Origin: Candidatus Borrarchaeum weybense
GTDB taxonomy: Archaea; Asgardarchaeota; Sifarchaeia; Borrarchaeales; Borrarchaeaceae
Reading direction: 5' to 3'
Assembly (NCBI GenBank): GCA_019057385.1
Contig: JAHQJS010000007.1
Coordinates: 352,001 to 416,000 of the forward strand
DNA length: 64,000 nt
Shown here: piece by piece, positions 41,509 through 51,974 of the stretch
How positions within the stretch are numbered: position 1 is the first letter of the stretch
Layout: the number at the start of each line of letters is the position of its first letter
Notes under the pieces: generated by a model
Told to the model about the DNA's origin: nothing
Database searches by the model: none
The model's input: the letters and a program-made list of their open reading frames with translations, nothing else
Translations under genes and position numbers: made by a program

Positions 41509-42039
41509 CTATATTGGCTTAGCTGGTATCACGTTATTAATAATCTGTTTTGTTAATGCAAAAAAAGGTTTTTTCAAATTGAATCCACTTTTCGAAGACG
41601 TTTCAAAGAAGTATAAATCCCTTTCCATCGCAAAATTGCGTCCTTCTTCCTCTGTAACAACCCTGAATTCCTCAAGATCCTGCTTTGTTGCAACTAAAAT
41701 TTTTGGAATATTTCCGCAATAATTCTCAACATTTCTAATCCACTTTGGAACATTCTCGAAGGATGCTCTTTTTGTAATATCGTAGCAGCAGAGAGCCCCA
41801 AGCGCCCCTCGATAATAAATTGGACTCACATATTGAAAGCGCTCCTGACCTCCAGTATCCCAGATCTGCAGTTTTACTGTTGTCTGCTTTATTTTGAGAA
41901 ATTTTACCGAAAGGTCTACACCTAATGTCATTTTGTATTTTGTCTGAAATTTTCCTGTGATAAGTTTTTGTGTTAACGTTGTTTTTCCTACTGCGCCGTC
42001 CCCGACGACAATCATTTTGAAGAGATAATCCGCTGTCAT
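41509..42039 (-). CDS. Rab-like small GTPase
   Basis: DYLFK, GDGAVGKT, LGVDL, KLQIWDTGGQE, YYRGA, TKQD, SSK; start moved to ATG 42039. Confidence 0.93.
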   Translation of the reverse strand: MTADYLFKMIVVGDGAVGKTTLTQKLITGKFQTKYKMTLGVDLSVKFLKIKQTTVKLQIWDTGGQERFQYVSPIYYRGALGALCCYDITKRASFENVPKWIRNVENYCGNIPKILVATKQDLEEFRVVTEEEGRNFAMERDLYFFETSSKSGFNLKKPFFALTKQIINNVIPAKPI

Positions 42040-42266
42040 TGAAATTCCCAAATAAAGCAATTCTATAAGTTTAACATCGATTTTTTATTTAAACTCAATT
42101 ATAAGCTGCAGTCAGCTGAAGAAGTTTCATATATTCTTTATCAATATTTCTCTAATTAACCAGCTTTCAAACAATATTATATATTTTCTGAGAGAAATCT
42201 CAACAATTTCTGTAATATATGCAACGATCTTTTTAGAAAACGCCGTAAATTCTGTGTATTTACAAT

Positions 42267-42722
42267 CTAATTATCTTTATCTGCTTCAAATCGTTCTTCT
42301 TTTAATGTTTTAATGGTCAGAATATGTATAGTAACCCCGATGGCTATTATAACTAAGATTATCCGTACTATCAAATCGTTAACAATGAAATAAGTTGAAA
42401 ATCCTATGGTAAGCCATAAGAATGTTATAGACAATAATTTTGCTTTTAGAGGAATACCTTTTCCTTCGTAATAATTTCTAATATAGCTACCAAACCATTT
42501 ATTGCTTATTAACCAATTGTATAGTTTCTTTGAACTCCTTGCATAACAATATGCAGCAAGCAGGAGAAAAGGCGTAGTAGGCAAAAGCGGTATAAAAATT
42601 CCAATAATCCCCAGTGCTAAAGAAAGAGTTCCGGTAACTACCAATGCACCTTTGAACAGTTTCTGTCGAAAAGTAATAGTTATATTGGCATCATTGATAT
42701 CCTTTTCTTCGCTTTTATCCAT
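42267..42722 (-). CDS. YbaN/DUF454 family membrane protein
   Basis: PLLPTTPFLLLA..C..RSS. Confidence 0.92.
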   Translation of the reverse strand: MDKSEEKDINDANITITFRQKLFKGALVVTGTLSLALGIIGIFIPLLPTTPFLLLAAYCYARSSKKLYNWLISNKWFGSYIRNYYEGKGIPLKAKLLSITFLWLTIGFSTYFIVNDLIVRIILVIIAIGVTIHILTIKTLKEERFEADKDN

Positions 42723-42750
42723 TGTTCCACCATCATTTCAACATTGAACA

Positions 42751-44028
42751 CTATAGTTTACCTGTTTTGAAGTACGTTGCAATTTTCTCAGCGACTTTTT
42801 CTTGTTCTCTCCAATTACCATAGATAATGTCTTTTGAAATCAGTTTTTTTATCATTTTTCTAATATTTTTGTCTATTTTTCCTGCTGGTGCGTTCTTGAA
42901 AGGTGTTGAAGGTAAGGGCATAAATGTATGTGCATGAATTCTTGCCCCCATTTTTACTAAATCGCTCATAACCTTTATTGTTAATTCAATATCTTCTTCA
43001 TTTTCTTCAGGTAATCCAAAGACAAAGTCTACATTAGCATTAAGACCTTTTTTTAATGTCAGTTCAACAGAATTATATACATCTTCAACAGTATGACCTC
43101 TATGACACAAATCTAATACCCTTTGACTTCCGGATTGTGCACCGATAATTAAGTTGTCGTTATGTGCATATTTTAAAACTAAATCTATGGTTTCCTCGGT
43201 TACATGCTTTGGTCGGACTTCTGATGGAAAAGATCCTAAGAAAACTTTTCCTGAATCAAAAATTTCACTAACATCACTGAGCAATCTTTCTAATCTTGAA
43301 ATGTTTAATTTTTTTCCATCTAGTGAGCCGTAGGAAAACGCACTCGGTGCAATGAATCTAAGAAATGTAAGGTTTCGATTTTTCATAATTTGAACATACT
43401 TACAAATTACTTCTATACTTCGATGTCTTATTTGCCCTCCAAATAAATAAGGTGTTTGACAGAAATAGCAGAAATAGGGGCAGCCTCTCGTTATTTCGAT
43501 ATAGCCGAATCGATTATGTTTGACAGCAAAAGGTGGGTATCTATCTAAATCGATAGGAGGTCTTCGACCAGTATAGCAGTATTCACCTTCGTCGTCTAAA
43601 AAGGCTATTCCTTTGACAGTACTATAAGTTTCATTGTTATCTATCTTCTTAAGAAGTTCAATTAGGGTTTCTTCCCCTTCTCCTCTTATGACTACATCAA
43701 ATCCCATTCTAAGCGTTCCTATTGGATCTCCTGTTGGATGAGGACCTCCTGTTATGAATAGTGGTTTATTTTTGTATTTTTCTCTCAAATCCCTAATCAG
43801 TCTATAAGTTTCCCAAAGTTGAGGTGTACAAAATGAAATTCCAACGATCACTTCTTCATGTTTATTGATTATAGTCCCTAATCCTGAGATTAGTTCATTT
43901 TCGCGGCTAATGAAATAGATTGGTAAATTATCAAAATACTCATCTGTTTCTAGTGCTCCAACTAAAGCATTGAAACTGAACCTAGTCTGTTTGTTATAAT
44001 ACAGCACTAAAGCTATGTTTTTTTCCAT
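42751..44028 (-). CDS. B12-binding domain radical SAM protein
   Basis: [25 protein letters not shown]. Confidence 0.92.
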   Translation of the reverse strand: MEKNIALVLYYNKQTRFSFNALVGALETDEYFDNLPIYFISRENELISGLGTIINKHEEVIVGISFCTPQLWETYRLIRDLREKYKNKPLFITGGPHPTGDPIGTLRMGFDVVIRGEGEETLIELLKKIDNNETYSTVKGIAFLDDEGEYCYTGRRPPIDLDRYPPFAVKHNRFGYIEITRGCPYFCYFCQTPYLFGGQIRHRSIEVICKYVQIMKNRNLTFLRFIAPSAFSYGSLDGKKLNISRLERLLSDVSEIFDSGKVFLGSFPSEVRPKHVTEETIDLVLKYAHNDNLIIGAQSGSQRVLDLCHRGHTVEDVYNSVELTLKKGLNANVDFVFGLPEENEEDIELTIKVMSDLVKMGARIHAHTFMPLPSTPFKNAPAGKIDKNIRKMIKKLISKDIIYGNWREQEKVAEKIATYFKTGKL

Positions 44029-44203
44029 AATTAATCATCCTTTTCTCTTAACAGCGAAAACAGAGTTTGGATAATTTGGTTAATGCAAACAGCGTTTTGT
44101 TTTTTGGTCTAGTTGGACGTTTTTATTGAAATAAATTTATCTATAGAACCATAGTAATCGAATCTACAATAAAATAATATTCAACTTCAGGTAGGGAGTT
44201 CAA

Positions 44204-44782
44204 TTGCGAGAGTTTACAAGACCTAATATAGTTGTTAGTAAATGTCTCGGATTTGCCGCATGCCGATGGAATGCTGAAATAATTCAAGCGGACAATATTA
44301 AAAAACTTGAACCGTATGTAAATTTCATTCCCGTGTGTCCAGAGGTTGAAATTGGCCTAGGAATCCCTCGTGATCCGATACAAATTGTCTCCATGAATGG
44401 TGAAGAGAAACTTATACAGCCTGCAAGTGGAAATGATTTAACAGAAAAGATGATTAAATTTACAGACTTATTTTTGTCCTCCTTGGATGAAATTGATGGT
44501 TTTATCTTAAAAAGCCGCTCTCCTTCGTGTGGTATTAATGATGTAAAGATATATCCAAGCTTAGAAACAACAGATCCAATAAGTTCTAATAATTCAGGCT
44601 TTTTTGGTAGAAGAGTTCTTGAAATTTTTCCTGATTTAGCGATAAATGATGAATGTCAACTAAAAGACAGCAAAATAAGACAAGATTTTCTAAAAAAACT
44701 TTTTACCCGCGCTTGTTTTCGTGAAGGCCAAAAAGTCAATAAAATAGAAGATTTTGTGAAACGTAACTTCAAGAATTTGTAA
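44204..44782 (+). CDS. DUF523 / 2-thiouracil desulfurase family protein
   Basis: SKCLG...CRW, CPEVEIGLG.PR, LKSRSPSCG. Confidence 0.88.
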   Translation: MREFTRPNIVVSKCLGFAACRWNAEIIQADNIKKLEPYVNFIPVCPEVEIGLGIPRDPIQIVSMNGEEKLIQPASGNDLTEKMIKFTDLFLSSLDEIDGFILKSRSPSCGINDVKIYPSLETTDPISSNNSGFFGRRVLEIFPDLAINDECQLKDSKIRQDFLKKLFTRACFREGQKVNKIEDFVKRNFKNL

Positions 44783-44852
44783 CCGATTTGCCTATATAAC
44801 AAATTTAAAAGATAATTGGGCTCGTTTATCATTATCTAAAATAGGAGGAGAT

Positions 44853-45398
44853 TTGTTTATGATGCCAATCGGTCCTTTAATGATTGAACACAGACTTATC
44901 GAACGTATAGTTCCTGTACTTAAAGAAGAACTCCGTAGAATTAACAATACAAACGAAGTGAATCCTGTTTTAATTGAAACTGCAGTTGATTTTTTTAGGA
45001 CATATGCAGACAGAACACACCATGGTAAAGAAGAAGATATTCTTTTTCGAGAACTTAAAAAAAAGCTACTCTCGCCTGAACATCAAAAAATTATGGATGA
45101 ATTAGTAGAAGAACATGTTTATGCAAGAAAAACTGTGGGCAATCTGCTTAAGGCTAAAGATAGCTTTATGCAGGGCAGTAAAAATGCTTTAAAGGATGTT
45201 ATAGATCGTTTAAGTGATCTTATTGAACTTTATCCTGCTCATATCGAAAAGGAAGACAAGAGGTTTTTCATACCAGTAATGGACTATTTCAGTAAACAAG
45301 AACAAGATGACATGCTTCAGGAATCATGGGAATTCGACAGAAAAATGATACATGAGAAATACGAAAACATTGTTGAACATCTTGAAGGTGCAGGCTAA
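44853..45398 (+). CDS. hemerythrin-domain protein
   Basis: EHR, HHGKEE, EEH, HIEKED. Confidence 0.9.
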   Translation: MFMMPIGPLMIEHRLIERIVPVLKEELRRINNTNEVNPVLIETAVDFFRTYADRTHHGKEEDILFRELKKKLLSPEHQKIMDELVEEHVYARKTVGNLLKAKDSFMQGSKNALKDVIDRLSDLIELYPAHIEKEDKRFFIPVMDYFSKQEQDDMLQESWEFDRKMIHEKYENIVEHLEGAG

Positions 45399-45435
45399 TT
45401 CATTAATAACTCTAAAACAATATAGACAATAAAAC

Positions 45436-46329
45436 TTATGGTAATTGAAACTCTTCTTCGGTTTTCTTTACCAAACCCTCTTTTTGTAACTGCTTGAGAT
45501 TTCTTTTTATTTTTTCTGATTCTACACCAAGTTTATTAATCATTTCTGATTCAGAGAGACTTTTTTCTTTTAGAAGTGCTTTTAAAATCATTCCTCGAAT
45601 TTCTCTGTTAGATCCTTTGAAAGATTTCTGTTTTCTATAATGGGCACTTCGTCTTGTGGGATTTTTATATCGTTTTTTAAGTAGAACCCCATAATCCATC
45701 ACCATATAGTACCATATGCGAGGATTTGAAGCATCGAGAGTTTTTTCTATCAAAGGAAAAATTTCGGCATCTTTAACATCATCTCTATCACTAAAGAAGA
45801 AGTGTAAAAATACACTTCGTATATTTGTTTCGATAAATACCGTAGGCTTATTGAAGGCAAAGGTAGCAACTGCAGAAGCCGTATATTCACCGATGCCTGG
45901 AAATTTTATCAAAATATCTGGAGAGGAAGGAAGTTTACCTTTAAAATCCGTTACTACCATATTTGCTGTTTCTTTTAAAGCCTTAGCCCTTCGATTATAT
46001 CCCAGCCCCTGCCATAATTCAAGTACTTCACGGAGAGACGCCTTAGCCAGTGATTCAAAATCTGGAAACGCTTCGATAAATTGTTCATATTTCTTGATAA
46101 CCCTTTTCGTTTGAGTTTGCTGAAGCATGATTTCTGAAACCAGAATATAATAGGGATCCTTCGTTTCTCTCCACGGAAATTTACGTCCATTTTCTTGATA
46201 GTAGTTATAAATGATTTTTTGAAAAAGACTGACTGCCTGTGGTGTTAGGCCATGTTCATTAAACTCATTTCTTAATTGTGAAGTAATATCCTTTTCTATT
46301 TGCCATGATGTTATGAAATCCTTCTTCAT
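45436..46329 (-). CDS. mutY: A/G-specific adenine glycosylase (MutY-like, no Fe-S cluster loop)
   Basis: VSEIMLQQTQ, WQGLGYNRRA, PGIGEYTA; lacks the four-Cys cluster. Confidence 0.88.
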   Translation of the reverse strand: MKKDFITSWQIEKDITSQLRNEFNEHGLTPQAVSLFQKIIYNYYQENGRKFPWRETKDPYYILVSEIMLQQTQTKRVIKKYEQFIEAFPDFESLAKASLREVLELWQGLGYNRRAKALKETANMVVTDFKGKLPSSPDILIKFPGIGEYTASAVATFAFNKPTVFIETNIRSVFLHFFFSDRDDVKDAEIFPLIEKTLDASNPRIWYYMVMDYGVLLKKRYKNPTRRSAHYRKQKSFKGSNREIRGMILKALLKEKSLSESEMINKLGVESEKIKRNLKQLQKEGLVKKTEEEFQLP

Positions 46330-46449
46330 ATGTATCCCTATGCGCTTGATATCGTAAACGAATAAGCTGTAGCACGAAGACTTTTAAATTTTTATGAAAT
46401 TGTAGTTCATATTAAATAATTCAAATAATGTGTTTTGGGTGGATATAAT

Positions 46450-46800
46450 ATGCCATGGATAAAACAAGAAGATTGTGTTGGTTGTGAAACTTGTATTGAT
46501 GAATGTCCCGTTGATGCAATTTATTTGGAAAACGAAACAGCACATATAGATAAAGAACTTTGTGTTCGTTGCGGAATATGTCATGATATATGTCCAGAAG
46601 AGGCAATAAGACATGATAGTGAAAAAATACCTGAAGACGTGGAAGCCAACGTAGAGTGGACAAAAAAGCTGTTAGAATATTATGATAAAATAGAAGAAAG
46701 AAGGGCATTCCTCATAAGAATTGGTAAGTATTTCAACAAAGAAAAAGTAGTCGCAGAAAAGACAATCGAGCAAATAGAATTGTTGAAAGGGCAGTTATAA
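46450..46800 (+). CDS. 4Fe-4S dicluster ferredoxin-domain protein
   Basis: Two CxxCxxCxxxCP motifs. Confidence 0.88.
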   Translation: MPWIKQEDCVGCETCIDECPVDAIYLENETAHIDKELCVRCGICHDICPEEAIRHDSEKIPEDVEANVEWTKKLLEYYDKIEERRAFLIRIGKYFNKEKVVAEKTIEQIELLKGQL

Positions 46801-46818
46801 CGAGGTCGAACCGCTAGA

Positions 46819-47391
46819 ATGAGAGATGAAATGGAAAGGTGGGAACAAGAAAAGGGAGTAAGGTTTCTAAGGAAAATTGGCATTAGAAAAGGCCAGACTG
46901 TTTTAGATTTCGGTTCGGGAGTTGGTCATTACAGTATCCCTGCGGCAATTATTGTTGGGATCAGAGGCAGAGTTTATGCCATCGATAAAGATCACAATGA
47001 TTTGAACAAATTAGAGCAAAAAGCAATTTTTCTAAATTTAGTGAGTATTAGACCAATTGGGACCTCTGGAGAATTAAGACTTGATTTAGAGGACAAATCA
47101 ATCGATGCAGCATTAATTTATGATGTCTTGCACTATTTAAAAAAATATGAAAGGAAAATATTATACACTGAAGTTCACCGTGTCTTAAAGTCAAATGCTT
47201 TGCTTTCAATCTATCCCAAACATACAGCTGAAGATTTTCCAATGTGGGAATTTAGAAACATGCGTTTAAATGCTGTTATCAAAGAAATCCAAGATTCTGG
47301 CTTTATCTTCGAAAAAAAATATTGTAATAAAATCATCCACTATGACTGGCTTACTCAGGGTTGTGTCTTTAATTTTAAGAAGATCAATTAA
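46819..47391 (+). CDS. class I SAM-dependent methyltransferase
   Basis: VLDFGSGVG, VYAID, RVLK. Confidence 0.88.
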   Translation: MRDEMERWEQEKGVRFLRKIGIRKGQTVLDFGSGVGHYSIPAAIIVGIRGRVYAIDKDHNDLNKLEQKAIFLNLVSIRPIGTSGELRLDLEDKSIDAALIYDVLHYLKKYERKILYTEVHRVLKSNALLSIYPKHTAEDFPMWEFRNMRLNAVIKEIQDSGFIFEKKYCNKIIHYDWLTQGCVFNFKKIN

Positions 47392-47415
47392 AAGCAAATA
47401 GTTTCTCTAACAAGT

Positions 47416-47853
47416 CTATTCTTTTAATGAGTTTCTTATCATAGTAGAAATTTTATCCAGCTCTTCTCTTGGTGGCTCTAAGAAGTTATTTGGACCATAT
47501 TTCACCTCGAATCCGTCTCCAAAAAAGCGAGGAACTACATGTAGGTGGATGTGGAATATTTCTTGAGCCGCCGCCTTGCCGTCGGATAGAAATAGGTTAA
47601 TTCCTTCGCATTCTATTCCTGATTTTTTAATTGCCTTTACGATGCGTAATGCGACCTTAAACATATGTGCACCCATTTCTTCGTCTAATTCTGATAAGCC
47701 AGGAGCATGAGTTTTTGGAATCACTACTAGATGTCCAGGGTTAATTGGTCGGATTACCATGAATGCGAGTACTTTTTCATCTGAATACACGATACTCGCA
47801 GGTTTTTTGTCATTTATAATTTCGCAGAACACACAATTTTGTTCCATAAGCAT
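47416..47853 (-). CDS. HIT family hydrolase
   Basis: CVFC, PGH..VIPK.H, HIHLHVVP; start moved downstream. Confidence 0.92.
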   Translation of the reverse strand: MLMEQNCVFCEIINDKKPASIVYSDEKVLAFMVIRPINPGHLVVIPKTHAPGLSELDEEMGAHMFKVALRIVKAIKKSGIECEGINLFLSDGKAAAQEIFHIHLHVVPRFFGDGFEVKYGPNNFLEPPREELDKISTMIRNSLKE

Positions 47854-48048
47854 CCCTTCATTCTCCTTAAGCTGAATTATCTTTAACTGATTTACCTTTA
47901 AAAAGTAATGAGATACGAAAACATTAAACCAAGAAAAGAAATGAAATAACACCGATGCCACTTTAACAAAGTTTTTATTTTTCATTCTCTGATACAAGAG
48001 GCTATCAATTGAAATTTAAGGTTCTGTGAATATTCAGGAGGACATTTT

Positions 48049-48263
48049 TTGAACGAAAAAATAAGAGAGAGAATGAGATTAAGTCAATCACCCCCTAACA
48101 AGTTGGGGGGTCTCCTTGCGGTGGTAATTATGAACAGGAGAAAAAACTAAAAGAGATAGATTGGGACAACTTAGATTGGCAGGAATATCTTTGCGATTGT
48201 TGTCATGGAGGTAGTACTGCGCCTACAATTCGAAGCAAGGATAAAGATGCCAAACATGATTAA
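48049..48263 (+). pseudogene. small CDCC-motif protein gene interrupted by a 47-bp mini-element
   Basis: AGGAGG SD and TTG start; removing 48083-48129 restores a 55-aa ORF (...WDNLDWQEYLCDCCHGG...). Confidence 0.6.
48083..48129 (+). mobile_element. 47-bp fused-end mini-element of the IscB-type IS200/IS605 family
   Basis: GTCAATCACCCCCTAACAAGTT matches the start, and GGGGGGTCTCCTTG.GGT..TAATT the end, of 61670..62075; both are followed by ATGA. Confidence 0.88.
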
Positions 48264-48315
48264 GGATTTACTTGGACCAGTGATAAAAGACATATTATGA
48301 GAATGTAAGAAAAAT

Positions 48316-49185
48316 GTGATAAAAATGGATCCAGAGGATGAAAAAAAAGAAGTTGAAATAAAAAAGATGGTACGAGAGGGTTATGCTAAGGTAGTTAAAG
48401 AAGAGAGTTCCTGTTGCCCTTCAGTAGATTCTTGCTGTGAAGGAGGCACTAGTACATTAGAAGATATGAGTAAAATGGTGGGATACACTGAAGAAGAACT
48501 CAAGGAAGTTCCTGCAGGAGCAAACCTAGGACTCGGATGCGGCAATCCCGTTGCTCTCGCTTCATTACAAAAAGGTGAAATCGTACTTGATCTTGGCTCA
48601 GGTGCTGGCTTTGACTGTTTTCTTGCAGCAAACAGAGTAGGAAAAGATGGTAAAGTGATTGGCGTAGATATGACACCAGAAATGATAGACAAAGCCAGAA
48701 TGAATGCAAGAAAAGGAGATTACGAAAATATAGAATTTAGGCTTGGAGAGATCGAAAATCTTCCTGCAGCTGATAATTCAGTAGATGTCGTTATTTCAAA
48801 TTGTGTAATTAACCTCTCACCAAATAAAAAAAGAGTTTTTGAAGAAGCATATAGGGTATTAAAGCCTGGAGGAAGGTTGATGGTCTCTGATATTGTATTA
48901 TTGAAAGAACTTCCAGATTTCATAAAGAAATCCGTTGAAGCCTATGTTAGTTGTGTTTCCGGAGCGATTATGAAGGACGAATACCTTAATCTAATACAGA
49001 TTGCAGGATTTGAGGAAGTAAATATAATTGATGAAACAGCCTTCCCTGCGGAATGCGTTACTAATGACCCGACTGTAAAAAGAATTATAGATGAGTTAAA
49101 AATTCCACTTGAAACAGTAGAAGATGCGATTAATTCGGCAGTGAGTATAAAACTCAATGGGATCAAACCAATTATAATCAAATAG
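48316..49185 (+). CDS. arsM: arsenite methyltransferase
   Basis: N-terminal CC pairs, LGLGCGNP, LDLGSGAGFD, ISNCVINL. Confidence 0.92.
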   Translation: MIKMDPEDEKKEVEIKKMVREGYAKVVKEESSCCPSVDSCCEGGTSTLEDMSKMVGYTEEELKEVPAGANLGLGCGNPVALASLQKGEIVLDLGSGAGFDCFLAANRVGKDGKVIGVDMTPEMIDKARMNARKGDYENIEFRLGEIENLPAADNSVDVVISNCVINLSPNKKRVFEEAYRVLKPGGRLMVSDIVLLKELPDFIKKSVEAYVSCVSGAIMKDEYLNLIQIAGFEEVNIIDETAFPAECVTNDPTVKRIIDELKIPLETVEDAINSAVSIKLNGIKPIIIK

Positions 49186-49226
49186 TGATCATCGTTAAGG
49201 ATGAGGGAATTCATTTTATTCCTTCT

Positions 49227-49273
49227 GTAAACTACCTCACCCTATCGGAAGGGGACTTCCTGCCGATTAAGTT
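49227..49273 (-). mobile_element. ~47-bp fused-end IS200/IS605 mini-element
   Basis: GTAAACTACCTCA is identical to the end at 4147; GGGGACTTCCTGCCGATTAAGTT parallels the left end of the 14703 element. Confidence 0.7.
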
Positions 49274-49333
49274 TAAATAAGTATAAACAATAGTGTTAAT
49301 AGTAGTGAGATGTATCTAAGGAGATGAGAACTT

Positions 49334-49519
49334 ATGAGTAGAAGAGGACGAGGTGGCGGAGCAGGAGGAGGCAGAGGAAGAGGCGGTGGATATGGTCTTG
49401 GTCCTGGAGGACAATGTGTATGTCCTAGTTGCGGCTACACAGCTCAACATATAGTAGGACAACCCTGTTATTCGATGAAATGTCCTAACTGTGGTTCACC
49501 TATGACAAGGGGAAGCTAA
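49334..49519 (+). CDS. small RG-rich, Cys-rich Zn-ribbon protein
   Basis: RGRGGG repeats then CVCPSCG...PC...CPNCG..M.R. Confidence 0.8.
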   Translation: MSRRGRGGGAGGGRGRGGGYGLGPGGQCVCPSCGYTAQHIVGQPCYSMKCPNCGSPMTRGS

Positions 49520-49602
49520 ATTCATCAATAATTTACTTTTGCAGTAACACAAAAGATGAATTTGATATTGAGGGTTAGTGCCTTTTCAAGGTAGCAAAGA
49601 TT

Positions 49603-51840
49603 TCAAATTACCTCTTTTTTATTGATTAAATCTGCAACGGTTTTAATACCAAGTTCGTATAAGCGTCTTAGTTTCTTTCTTTCAGTGTACTCAAAAAATG
49701 GTGAGACGGCGATTAACTCCTCTTTGACACCTACCCGAATTCGTTCAGTTAAAGATTTCACAATTTTTTCTAATGCCTTTTCAATATCACTGCTCATGCT
49801 ACGTCCTATTCCTAAGATAGCATTAAGAATCCAATTAATTGAAGATCTAATTGATTCAAAATCCCCAGGCTCAATGATTTTGAGGGCCTCATTTAATTCT
49901 CTTTCATTGATCCAATCCCAGACGCAATCAAATAACTCAGTAGCTAAATATTTGCTAGAAAACTCCTCTGTTAGGATTTTCATTCCCAGCAAAAGAATGT
50001 TTTCTGTTGTGTAAACTGAAGTATTAAGAAGAACGTTACGTATGATTTGGCTTGTTTCAGGTCGAATATAATGCAGCACTGCAGCCCTACCAAAGTCGGT
50101 GACAAAATATTTTCCATCTCTTATTTTTATCATATTTGCTTGGTTTAAATAAGTAAAGATATCTTTTTCAAGCGCATTTCTCACAATAGTCTTTTTGTAG
50201 GCTTCTAGTTCTTTGTGAGCATCACAGAATAATGAGAACGCTATACGATGAAGGCACATTTTTGAATTCTTAATTCCACAATTACAATAATGGCCCTTAT
50301 TTTCATCAAAAGAAACTATGTAATTTCCAACTCTACCAAGTAATCTATTTTTTGAAGCACTAAGCAACTCAATATCGGAGAACAGTAACTTTGCCTTATC
50401 AATCGATTCTGTGGATTCAATATCAGATAAGATTTCTTCAATTCCTCTCCCTGCATACTTTGGAAGTGCATCGCTATTAGATTTTTGCTCTAAGTATGCC
50501 CAAAATGTTCGTTTAAAGAATGATATTAGTTCATCTTCAGTTAATCCATATTTTCGTTTCTCGTATATCTTTACGAGTACTTGCTCACGTAAAGTGGAAA
50601 CATTGTTAAATTGACTAAGGATAGGTTCATAGTCTTCGATTTTCTCGCCCACAGAAGTTTGAGTATACATATATGCCTCAATAAACTCTTTGTCTTTCTT
50701 ATCCTCTGCTAATATAATCCCTATTCCCTCTTCATCTAATCCTGGACGCCCTGCTCTTCCTAATATCTGAAATATTTCATTTGATGTGAGTGTTCTAAGT
50801 GGTTTTTCCGAATCACCTATTCTTATATCCTTTATTACAACAAGCCTTGCCGGAACATTGATACCTGCAGAAAGAGTTGTTGTACAAACAATTACTTTAA
50901 TAATACCTTGTCTAAAATAACTCTCTACAATTTTCCTATCACTTGAAATAAGCCCTGCGTGATGATATCCAACACCTTTTGGCAGTATGGTTTTTAATTT
51001 AATAGATAGATTTGATACAAGATCTGCATCAATTTCATTACCTTTTGGCTTCAAAATACGTTCTAGTTGATTTGCTATACGTTCAGCTAAAAATTCAGCA
51101 TCTCTCCTTGTCATAGCAAAAATTAATACTTGCCCGTTTATTAAAATCGTTTTTTCTACAAGCTTAAGTATCAAATTAAGTTTATTTTTATTTTTAGATA
51201 CAAGGGTTTTAATTGTTAACGGTACTGTTCTTTCATTTGAAATTATTGGATATGCTTGTAACCAGTCAGATAACTCTTCCCAATTCTTTACTGTCGCGCT
51301 TAAGCAAATTAACTGTGTATACGGGAGATATTCCTTTAAACGAATAATGACACTTTCTAACCTTGAACCTCTCTCTTTTTGACCAATCATATGAACTTCA
51401 TCAATAACAATTACAGCTATGTCCGGTAACCAATCCGGTTTGGTTCGCAATAAACTATCAAATCGTTCATAAGTAGCTATAATTAAATTTGCAGCGCTTA
51501 ATTCCTCTGGAATAGTCTCGAAATCACCTGTTGAGACTTTAACGGCAAAAAAATCCTCATATTTCCTACAAAATTCATCATATTTTTCATCAGCAACAGC
51601 TTTTAGTGGAACAAGAAAAAGTGCCTTTTGATTTTCATTACCTAAAAGATGTTTAAGAATCGCTAACTCACCAATAAGAGTTTTACCTGAACCTGTAGGG
51701 GCTGAGATTAATAGATTTTTTCCTTTCAACAAACCTTTTTCTATAGCTTGCTCTTGAAATTCTCTAAAATCACTAATACGTTGTTTCTTCATGATTTCGA
51801 CGATTTGGGGATATGCTGACAATAATTCAAGCGCTGACAT
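49603..51840 (-). CDS. Ski2/Hel308-like DEAD/H-box helicase with internal SWIM-like Zn finger
   Basis: APTGSGKT, DEVH, LSAT, HHAG, QILGRAGRPG; CNC-x7-CLH insert. Confidence 0.9.
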   Translation of the reverse strand: MSALELLSAYPQIVEIMKKQRISDFREFQEQAIEKGLLKGKNLLISAPTGSGKTLIGELAILKHLLGNENQKALFLVPLKAVADEKYDEFCRKYEDFFAVKVSTGDFETIPEELSAANLIIATYERFDSLLRTKPDWLPDIAVIVIDEVHMIGQKERGSRLESVIIRLKEYLPYTQLICLSATVKNWEELSDWLQAYPIISNERTVPLTIKTLVSKNKNKLNLILKLVEKTILINGQVLIFAMTRRDAEFLAERIANQLERILKPKGNEIDADLVSNLSIKLKTILPKGVGYHHAGLISSDRKIVESYFRQGIIKVIVCTTTLSAGINVPARLVVIKDIRIGDSEKPLRTLTSNEIFQILGRAGRPGLDEEGIGIILAEDKKDKEFIEAYMYTQTSVGEKIEDYEPILSQFNNVSTLREQVLVKIYEKRKYGLTEDELISFFKRTFWAYLEQKSNSDALPKYAGRGIEEILSDIESTESIDKAKLLFSDIELLSASKNRLLGRVGNYIVSFDENKGHYCNCGIKNSKMCLHRIAFSLFCDAHKELEAYKKTIVRNALEKDIFTYLNQANMIKIRDGKYFVTDFGRAAVLHYIRPETSQIIRNVLLNTSVYTTENILLLGMKILTEEFSSKYLATELFDCVWDWINERELNEALKIIEPGDFESIRSSINWILNAILGIGRSMSSDIEKALEKIVKSLTERIRVGVKEELIAVSPFFEYTERKKLRRLYELGIKTVADLINKKEVI

Positions 51841-51974
51841 AATCTATACAACTCTTCTAACATATATAAGAAATCCTAATTTAAAAAAACCAGCAAATAT
51901 TAAAAAAGCAAATAAATTGCCCTCAAGAAAACCACAAAATTAAAAACTTCTTGAATCAGGAGTTCTAATTCTCT

